The position numbers and the translations under genes are program-made. DNA of 64,000 nucleotides from Candidatus Bathyarchaeia archaeon (GTDB lineage Archaea; Thermoproteota; Bathyarchaeia; 40CM-2-53-6): contig JBEKFP010000001.1 of assembly GCA_050013255.1 (NCBI GenBank), positions 224,001-288,000 of the forward strand, written 5' to 3'. Positions within the stretch are counted from its first letter, which is position 1. Each line of letters begins with the position of its first letter. This document shows, one piece after another, positions 57,218 through 64,000 of this stretch. The notes beneath the pieces were generated by a model. It saw nothing but the letters and a program-made list of their open reading frames with translations, was not told where the DNA came from and searched no databases.

Positions 57218-57685
57218 ATGGCTGCACAAGTTTCATTGAAATTAGAGCGGGTTAAGGATCTTAAGTTCAACGTCAACCTACAGGACGGCCGCAGAATCGA
57301 ACTGAACTCAGCGGACGAGATGGGACAGGCCTTCACTCCCATGGAGCTCTTCTTGATCGGTTTGGCAGGTTGCACTGCGATGGATGTGCAATGGATTATG
57401 GATAAGCAGAGGCAGCAGGTTGACCGGCTAGAGATTTCAGCCCGGGGAACACGGCGCGATGAAGATCCGAGGTATTATGAAACCATAGACCTAGAATACA
57501 CGCTCGCAGGCCCGAGCATCAGAAAGGATGCCGTTGAAAAGGCAATTAGACTCTCACAGGAAAAATACTGTTCAGTACGGGCCATGGTAACGAATAATGT
57601 CAAAATTAACATAACATACAAGATTGCGAACGGAACCGAACCCGAGCAAAAGTACGTCTACACTCCGCCGCAGGCTTCAGATTGA
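57218..57685 (+). CDS. OsmC family protein
   Basis: PMEL...LAGC...D and KYCSV motifs; ATG at 57218 preferred. Confidence 0.88.
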   Translation: MAAQVSLKLERVKDLKFNVNLQDGRRIELNSADEMGQAFTPMELFLIGLAGCTAMDVQWIMDKQRQQVDRLEISARGTRRDEDPRYYETIDLEYTLAGPSIRKDAVEKAIRLSQEKYCSVRAMVTNNVKINITYKIANGTEPEQKYVYTPPQASD

Positions 57686-57949
57686 AGAACTTGAGCCACC
57701 GCATGGATGACAACGTCGCTTTTATCCCGGTTGGACCTTAACTTACCTAGATGAACATTGGGTAACCCTAAGATGGTTCGTAAGAAAAAGAAAGAACAGG
57801 CTAAACCCGCATCTACGGGTCAGACGCCGTCCTCAGGACATTAACCGCCCCCTAGCTAGTTCCGAATCGCCTGCGTCAAAGAACTCGACTTTATGTACGT
57901 AAGTCTCTATTGGGCCACAGCGATTCACAACTTCGGCGGACCTGACCAA

Positions 57950-59122
57950 ATGCAGCAAACAGACCCCAAAGAATTCTACCAATACGACCCCGACAAAAGG
58001 GCCCTTGCTGCGCGTTACGAAAATGTGAAACTAATTCTAGAGCCCATAACTGGAACCATCGTTCCAGTCGCATTTTCTCTCCTTCTACTATTCTCAGGCA
58101 CTTCAGTGTGGCTCGTACACTATCTCGCTTCAACGACCGATTCCTATTGGGTGACATTGGGTGTGTACCTTGTCATCTTCGTGAGCCTCCTTCAGCTTGT
58201 AGAGGCCCCAATCTCATTCTATTCCGGGTTCGTAGTTGACCACAGATTTCATCTTTCGACACAGAATCTGAAGGGCTGGGCCGTGGACGAGTTAAAGAGC
58301 CTAGGAATCGAGGTAGCGTTTGGCGTTCTTGCGGTAACAATCCTCTATTATCTGATAAGGTCGGTGAGTTTGTGGTGGCTCGCGGCAGCAGTCCTATTTG
58401 CGATTTTCTCAATCTTGCTTTCAATAATCCTGCCCTACGTCCTCATGCCCATATTTTACAAAGTGATACCGCTCACCGATTCATCATTGAAGGATACTCT
58501 TCTTGAAATGTCCAGAAAAGTCGGAGCTAAGAGCGTTGACCGTGTCATAGTGGCAGATGAAAGCAGAAAATCCGTCAGAGCGAACGCATTCTTCTCTGGA
58601 ATCGGTAAGAGTAAAGCGATCGTACTATTCGATACGTTGTTAAGCAATTTCACACGGAGAGAAGTGATTACCGTGGTTGCTCACGAGCTTGGCCATTACG
58701 TGAATAAGGATATTTGGAAGGAGGCGATTCTATCAGGTTTCTTGACTGTACCGCCCTTCTTCATTGCTGACTACGTTCTGAGGTTGGGCGCGGGCAACTT
58801 GGGGCTGACTGGAGCAGCTGACCCTGCAGGTGTTCCCGTAATCTTCGCCATCCTAATAGGCGTGAGCTTCGTCCTTCAACCCATCTCCAATGGAATCTCA
58901 CGAACAATGGAGAGTAAAGCAGATGAGTTTGCTCTCCGAGCCGCGGATGATTCAGAGGCGCAGTCGTCAGCCGAGAGGAGGCTGGCCGACCTGAGCCTTG
59001 CAGTCGACAAGCCGAACCGGCTGGTGGAACTCGTCTTCTACTCTCATCCTTCGCCCTCCAAACGCGTGCAATTGGCTGACGGTTGGAGGAAAGAGCATAC
59101 GAGCGGAAAAAACGTCGGGTAG
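57950..59122 (+). CDS. M48 (Ste24-like) membrane zinc protease
   Basis: NAFFSG, AHELGH, E..AD, SHP motifs; start may be 57893. Confidence 0.92.
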   Translation: MQQTDPKEFYQYDPDKRALAARYENVKLILEPITGTIVPVAFSLLLLFSGTSVWLVHYLASTTDSYWVTLGVYLVIFVSLLQLVEAPISFYSGFVVDHRFHLSTQNLKGWAVDELKSLGIEVAFGVLAVTILYYLIRSVSLWWLAAAVLFAIFSILLSIILPYVLMPIFYKVIPLTDSSLKDTLLEMSRKVGAKSVDRVIVADESRKSVRANAFFSGIGKSKAIVLFDTLLSNFTRREVITVVAHELGHYVNKDIWKEAILSGFLTVPPFFIADYVLRLGAGNLGLTGAADPAGVPVIFAILIGVSFVLQPISNGISRTMESKADEFALRAADDSEAQSSAERRLADLSLAVDKPNRLVELVFYSHPSPSKRVQLADGWRKEHTSGKNVG

Positions 59123-59138
59123 AATGTGTCTCGAGACC

Positions 59139-59678
59139 TTATCGGTAGACCTTTCTGATTCGCGAGATTAGGGACGGGCCAATCGCGGCAAGCAATATTG
59201 CTGTGGTTAACTCGTGCGCTAGGCCGAAAGGATAAACGCTTGTACCACCCGTGATGAATGGAACGTAGAGGGCAAGGACCGCGCTCACCCAAGGATAGCT
59301 GAAAAGTAAGGCATCGATGATAGAGGTCCCAATATCGAAGATCATGGTCAGCAAGTAACCTACCCCCGCCATTTTCCACCGATTAAGCGAGCTGGCATGA
59401 TACCATAGAAGACCCGCGAATAATCCAACTATGGCCATACAGCTTGAAGTCTCCAGGGTCCATATACCAGCCCCGTATGGGCTGACCAAATCGCTAAGCG
59501 TCATGGAAAGCCAACCCACGGCAAACCCGGCCAGGGGGCCGCCGATCACTCCGCCAACGATGACAAGAAAGGCAATTGGCTTGACGTTAGGTGGGCCCCA
59601 AGCGAGAGCGAACCTGAAGGCGACGTTCGCCGCGGAGAGTGAGGCTACGAGGGCCAAGAGCCTTGTCTTGCTTGGCAA
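59139..59678 (-). CDS. ECF transporter S component, CbrT-like (cobalamin specificity inferred)
   Basis: PNVKP...G...G....SD....G.WT motif; about 6 TM helices. Confidence 0.75.
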   Translation of the reverse strand: MPSKTRLLALVASLSAANVAFRFALAWGPPNVKPIAFLVIVGGVIGGPLAGFAVGWLSMTLSDLVSPYGAGIWTLETSSCMAIVGLFAGLLWYHASSLNRWKMAGVGYLLTMIFDIGTSIIDALLFSYPWVSAVLALYVPFITGGTSVYPFGLAHELTTAILLAAIGPSLISRIRKVYR

Positions 59679-59908
59679 GCACGATGCTACCTGGATGGAT
59701 TATCCAGGCCACCACATGTAAATCCTTCCCAAGGCACGAGACGGATTTCCGGAATGAAACACTACCACCACTCGCGCAACCTTGGGAACTCTGCCGGCAG
59801 CATCGAGCATTTTGCTGGCTGAATGATTGGACGGATCGTCTATGAAACTTAAATCTAGGCACGAATTCCAAGCTCGAATCTATTGTCTGTAGGAGAAGAC
59901 TGAGAAAG

Positions 59909-61462
59909 TTGTCTAAAACAAGAAGCGCGATCTGTCTTGCAATTGTCCTGCTCATGGTCGGTGGGGCGACGATTCCAATTCTAGCTTTCAATGTGAAGGA
60001 CACGCCTTCCAAGATTCAGCACATCATTTTCATAATCCAAGAAAACCACTCCTTCGACAACTATTTCGGAACCTATCCAGGCGCGAATGGCTTTCCACTT
60101 GGAATCACGATTCCAGTCGATCCCAATCAAACGAACCTAGGGGGTGTTCAACCCTTTCATCTGAATGTAACCCAGCCAGTCCTGATTGTGGGGGATGAGT
60201 TGCCCCCAGGTGTTTCCGACCCTTCGCAGTTAGGAGATGAAGGAAACGGTTCGATGGCGCCTTTCCCATTTGATAATGAATCGATCAACGGTGATCTTAA
60301 CCACGCATGGAGGGTTGCACACGTAGACTATGATGGAGGTAAGATGGATGGGTTCGTTGCCGGCGAGGGGAGCACACTAACGATGGGGTACTACGATAGA
60401 AGTGACATACCTTACTATTGGGATTACGCTGACAATTATGTATTGGACGATAATTTCTTTTCTTCTCAGATGGGTCCGAGCTTTACGAACCATCTGTACA
60501 TCGTCTCTGGGACCAACGGCCCAACGAATGGACTGACTTATCGTTGGGTATTGCACAACGGCGTAATCGATAACCCAGGCAATGGGTTTGGTTGGCAGGG
60601 AGTCAGCCTCTCGTGGGCCACGCTCGCAGAAGAAATGAGCGACGCGAATGCCCCCTGGACTTGGTACGACGGCGACCTGAAACCTCTAGATCCTTCAATC
60701 TGGAACGTCCTCCCCCTCTTCACCTACTTCCAGAACCATCCTGACCAGTTGAAGGAGCATGTGAAGAACACACAACACTTCATCTCAGACGTTCAAAGCG
60801 GACAATTGCCTGCTGTTTCTTGGATAATCCCTGGAGGATGGCATCCGCCCGGTTGGCCGACTGTGTGTATTGGACGATCAACGAGCGAGCATCCACCCTC
60901 CAGAATTGATTGCGGAATGGATTACGTTGCCTACTTGATCAACCAAGTGATGCAGAGCCAATACTGGGAGTCCACCGCTATCGTGCTGACGTGGGATGAT
61001 TATGGAGGGTTCTACGACCACGTCCCCCCGCCGCAAGTAGATCAATACGGTGAGGGGTTCCGGGTCCCAACCCTCGTAATCTCGCCTTGGGCAAAACACC
61101 ATTTCATCGACAACACCCAATACGAATTCGGTTCGTTCTTGAAACTGGCAGAAGAAACATTCAACTTGCCATCACTCGGGACGAGGGATGTAAAAGCGAA
61201 CGACATGATGAATTCGTTTGATTTCAATCAAGCTCCACAATCAGGACTAAATGAGCCAGCTAATTTTGTGGGGCCTGCCCAGTCATCGACGACAACGCAG
61301 CTCTCAACCCAAACGATTGGAACCACAAGTACTGAGTCAGCGATACTCTCGGCGATGGGTTTCTTCTACATCGTTGCGACAGCGGTAGTGGTTACCGCGG
61401 CAATCATAGCCGCGATCGTAATTCGACGATGGAACAGTAGGTTACCGCAAGGGTCTCATTAG
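59909..61462 (+). CDS. Secreted, membrane-anchored phosphoesterase/phospholipase C
   Basis: [32 protein letters not shown] motifs; C-terminal TM helix. Confidence 0.9.
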   Translation: MSKTRSAICLAIVLLMVGGATIPILAFNVKDTPSKIQHIIFIIQENHSFDNYFGTYPGANGFPLGITIPVDPNQTNLGGVQPFHLNVTQPVLIVGDELPPGVSDPSQLGDEGNGSMAPFPFDNESINGDLNHAWRVAHVDYDGGKMDGFVAGEGSTLTMGYYDRSDIPYYWDYADNYVLDDNFFSSQMGPSFTNHLYIVSGTNGPTNGLTYRWVLHNGVIDNPGNGFGWQGVSLSWATLAEEMSDANAPWTWYDGDLKPLDPSIWNVLPLFTYFQNHPDQLKEHVKNTQHFISDVQSGQLPAVSWIIPGGWHPPGWPTVCIGRSTSEHPPSRIDCGMDYVAYLINQVMQSQYWESTAIVLTWDDYGGFYDHVPPPQVDQYGEGFRVPTLVISPWAKHHFIDNTQYEFGSFLKLAEETFNLPSLGTRDVKANDMMNSFDFNQAPQSGLNEPANFVGPAQSSTTTQLSTQTIGTTSTESAILSAMGFFYIVATAVVVTAAIIAAIVIRRWNSRLPQGSH

Positions 61463-62476
61463 AACCTCGCCGGCCGTCCTTCGAGGAGTCGGCTTGACAC
61501 CTGGACCATAGCCTAGGCGTAGGAGAAGCTGCGGAAAGCCCCTCACGCCCAAAATCTCCCGAAGCCTGGGGAGCAGCTCAGGGACTTCGATCGGTTGGTT
61601 CAAGAAAGATGCCCAGACCTGTTCAGCGCGGCCGCTTAACAATACTCTTTCCAAGGCTTGGCCCGTTGACAACCAGTTCTCTGGGGCATTGGCGTCTGAC
61701 CCAAGCACCGCCAAAACCGGGGACCCAGTGGCAAGTTGACGGTCTTTAGCAGCTTGCCCTTTCCCAAAGTCGAAGGTTCGTACGATAATAGGCGCAAGGG
61801 TGGAAGTGAGGCCTCCCAAACCAAGAGCGAAGCCGGGCATGCCATCGTGGCTAACGTCCCGATTGCGATGCATCCAAGCGGCGAGTTCACGGCGAAAAGA
61901 CGCGTTAGCCATTTGAATGTTGTCACCTTCAGCGACCAGGTCGGCAACTTTGTTGCGGTCACTTTCGCCGAGGATGAAATGAAGCCACGCATCTTCTTTG
62001 CTTGCCGCCGCCTTCAGCTTTGAGAGGACTTTCTCTGGAACCTCACGAGGTTCGAACGGCATACGGTTTGTGTGGCGTTGGGGGATTGCATGGAAGAGTG
62101 AATCATCCTCTGCGGTAGGCTTTCGTTTTTCGCCAAAACCCACGCGTGCCAGAAGGTCGGGTTCATTCTTATCTGGGAAAGTCTTCACTTTGCCCTCATA
62201 ACCAAAATGTCGGAGGGCCACGCGCAAGTTGAGGAGGGCCGCACCACACGCCATCACTAGTTCTCGGTCTTCAGGGTCACAAACGGCGAGAGCCCGAGTT
62301 CGGTCAGCATATAGCTCGACCTCTTCTCCCACGATCTTGAACAGCCAAGGTTGGGAATTGTGTCCTGATGGTGCCAGGGCTGCATAGTTCAAGAGGTAAC
62401 GCAGCTTGTCTGAGGGCTTTCCCTTTTTCGGAAAGATTCGCTCGGAAATCTCCCACGGATTCCATAATTCTGACAT
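61442..62476 (-). CDS. Acg family nitroreductase-like FMN protein
   Basis: [23 protein letters not shown]...TPRR motifs. Confidence 0.88.
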   Translation of the reverse strand: MSELWNPWEISERIFPKKGKPSDKLRYLLNYAALAPSGHNSQPWLFKIVGEEVELYADRTRALAVCDPEDRELVMACGAALLNLRVALRHFGYEGKVKTFPDKNEPDLLARVGFGEKRKPTAEDDSLFHAIPQRHTNRMPFEPREVPEKVLSKLKAAASKEDAWLHFILGESDRNKVADLVAEGDNIQMANASFRRELAAWMHRNRDVSHDGMPGFALGLGGLTSTLAPIIVRTFDFGKGQAAKDRQLATGSPVLAVLGSDANAPENWLSTGQALERVLLSGRAEQVWASFLNQPIEVPELLPRLREILGVRGFPQLLLRLGYGPGVKPTPRRTAGEVLMRPLR

Positions 62477-62604
62477 TTCAGAACTCCCCGAATTTCGTGA
62501 AATTTCGGAGTCGCCCAGCTATTAAGAGAATTGCCCAGTTCCCTTGCTAGAACACCAAAAGTCTGTTATCGCTCCTTAACCGATTTTCGCTTCGATGGCC
62601 TACC

Positions 62605-64000
62605 ATGAAGGAGTACGACGTTATCGCAATCGGTACTGGTTCAGCGATGTATGTTCTCGAAGGTTTGATGCAACGGAATCCGAACATCAAAATCGCTGTC
62701 ATAGACAAGGATGAGCCTGGCGGAATATGCCTGACTCGAGGATGCATCCCCTCTAAGATTCTACTATACCCAGCAGAAGTCATCCGCACAATTCAACGGG
62801 CGAAAGTCTTCGGGATTGAGGTCGACTTGAAGACCGTGAATTTTGCGAAGGTAGTGAAACGGATGAGAACGATAATAGACAAAGATATAGAATCAATAAG
62901 GCAAGGCCTATCCAGTTCCCCAAACATCGACTACTACCACGCCACCGCTGAATTTACCGGCCCGTACACGCTCAAGGTTCAAGGTGAGACGATCAGGTCG
63001 AACATGATTCTCCTCTCCACGGGCTCACAGACGGCCATACCCCCCATTGATGGCTTGAAGGAAGCAGGATACTACACCAGCGACACCATTCTTTACGAAA
63101 CGAAACTACCCAGAAGCATTGCAATCGTCGGGGGCGGCTACATAGCGGCCGAATACGGCCATTTCCTATCGGCGATGGGTTCGAAGGTTACGATAATTGG
63201 CAGAAACCCGCAGTTCCTCCCACAAGAAGAGCCTGAGGTCTCTGCACTCGCCAAAGAGGAGCTAGGGAAACACATGACTATCCTGACAAATTATGAGGTC
63301 ATGCAAGTGGGTAAGACGCCCGGCGGCAAGAAGAAACTCGTTGCTGTGGATAGAGAAACTGGGCAGAAAACACCGATTACCGCTGATGAAGTAATGATTG
63401 CCACAGGGCGAGGACCTGGCACCGACATTCTTCACCCGGACCGCGCTGGAATTCAGACTGACGCGCACGGGTGGATTGTAGTCGACGAGTATTTGCAAAC
63501 AACGTCCCCAAACGTCTGGGCGTTCGGCGACGCGAACGGCAAGTACCTCTTCAAACACAAAGCCAACTACGATGCTGAAATAGTCTATTACAACGCTGTC
63601 CTGGGGAGGAAGACTCCCTTCGACTACCACGCCGTCCCACACGCCGTCTTCACAGATCCTGAAATTGCGAGCGTCGGGCTGGGGGAGGAAGAAGCGGTAG
63701 AACGACTCGGCCCGGGCAGGATTCTGATCGGTTTTGAACGATATGAGGACACGGCCAAAGGAGAAGCCATGGCTGTGAAGAACTTCTTCGTTAAGGTAAT
63801 CTTGGAAAGGGATAGCCTCCGCATACTGGGCGCTCACCTTATCGGTCCAGAGGCGTCCGTCCTAATCCAGGAAATCATCAACCTCATGTACACGCCGGAC
63901 CAGAGCGCGCGGCCCCTGATGGCTGCGATGCACATTCACCCCGCGCTGAGCGAGGTAATCCAGCGAGCGTTCGGATCACTAATGACGCCTGAACAGTACC
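62605..64000 (+). CDS. Dihydrolipoamide dehydrogenase/mycothione reductase-like flavoprotein (runs off the window end)
   Basis: Read from the DNA: MKEYDVIAIGTGS, GGICLTRGCIPSK, GGGYIAAE, HIHPALSE. Confidence 0.88.
   Translation, partial: MKEYDVIAIGTGSAMYVLEGLMQRNPNIKIAVIDKDEPGGICLTRGCIPSKILLYPAEVIRTIQRAKVFGIEVDLKTVNFAKVVKRMRTIIDKDIESIRQGLSSSPNIDYYHATAEFTGPYTLKVQGETIRSNMILLSTGSQTAIPPIDGLKEAGYYTSDTILYETKLPRSIAIVGGGYIAAEYGHFLSAMGSKVTIIGRNPQFLPQEEPEVSALAKEELGKHMTILTNYEVMQVGKTPGGKKKLVAVDRETGQKTPITADEVMIATGRGPGTDILHPDRAGIQTDAHGWIVVDEYLQTTSPNVWAFGDANGKYLFKHKANYDAEIVYYNAVLGRKTPFDYHAVPHAVFTDPEIASVGLGEEEAVERLGPGRILIGFERYEDTAKGEAMAVKNFFVKVILERDSLRILGAHLIGPEASVLIQEIINLMYTPDQSARPLMAAMHIHPALSEVIQRAFGSLMTPEQY

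Noticed and set aside
63262-63837. 191-aa ORF on the - strand
   Set aside because: Shadow of the + strand flavoprotein gene starting at 62605, which the ORF track omitted because it has no stop within the window

Overview
Archaeal chromosome segment. A single-chain RpoB, a fused RpoA'+A'', a CFI-box protein and parvulin point to a TACK/Thermoproteota archaeon, Bathyarchaeia- or Nitrososphaeria-like (lineage is inference). Core content: surface Ig-like proteins with a MinD/wHTH pair, rps12, guaB, bcp, nuoBCDI, sufCBD, sufS-sufU, sod, aldehyde dehydrogenase, ilvE, the rpoH-B-A-rpl30e-nusA operon, an ArsR-DsrE-TusA-SQR-OsmC sulfur cluster, an M48 protease, an ECF S component, a phosphoesterase, a nitroreductase and a truncated lipoamide dehydrogenase-like gene. 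The region ~19.0-35.5 kb is an accessory hotspot: a provirus remnant (TerS-like gene and a split TerL), AbiE-like and RelE toxin-antitoxin pairs, and an Avs-like STAND nuclease. These sit in short cassettes delimited by direct repeats and tRNA 3'-end fragments, with no integrase and no intact tRNA in the window. Most notable: (1) a LAGLIDADG intein inserted at a 4Fe-4S cysteine ligand of NuoI; (2) a palindrome TATWAC-N4-GTCATA shared by a Cys3His HTH regulator, sufC and sufB, suggesting an undescribed Suf regulon; (3) a ~390-nt ornate structured RNA upstream of Rieske-sufS-sufU; (4) a divergent two-gene wHTH module present twice, one copy bracketed by 25-bp direct repeats; (5) an Avs2-like terminase sensor beside a split, degenerate terminase. 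All calls are by eye from motifs; no database searches were run.
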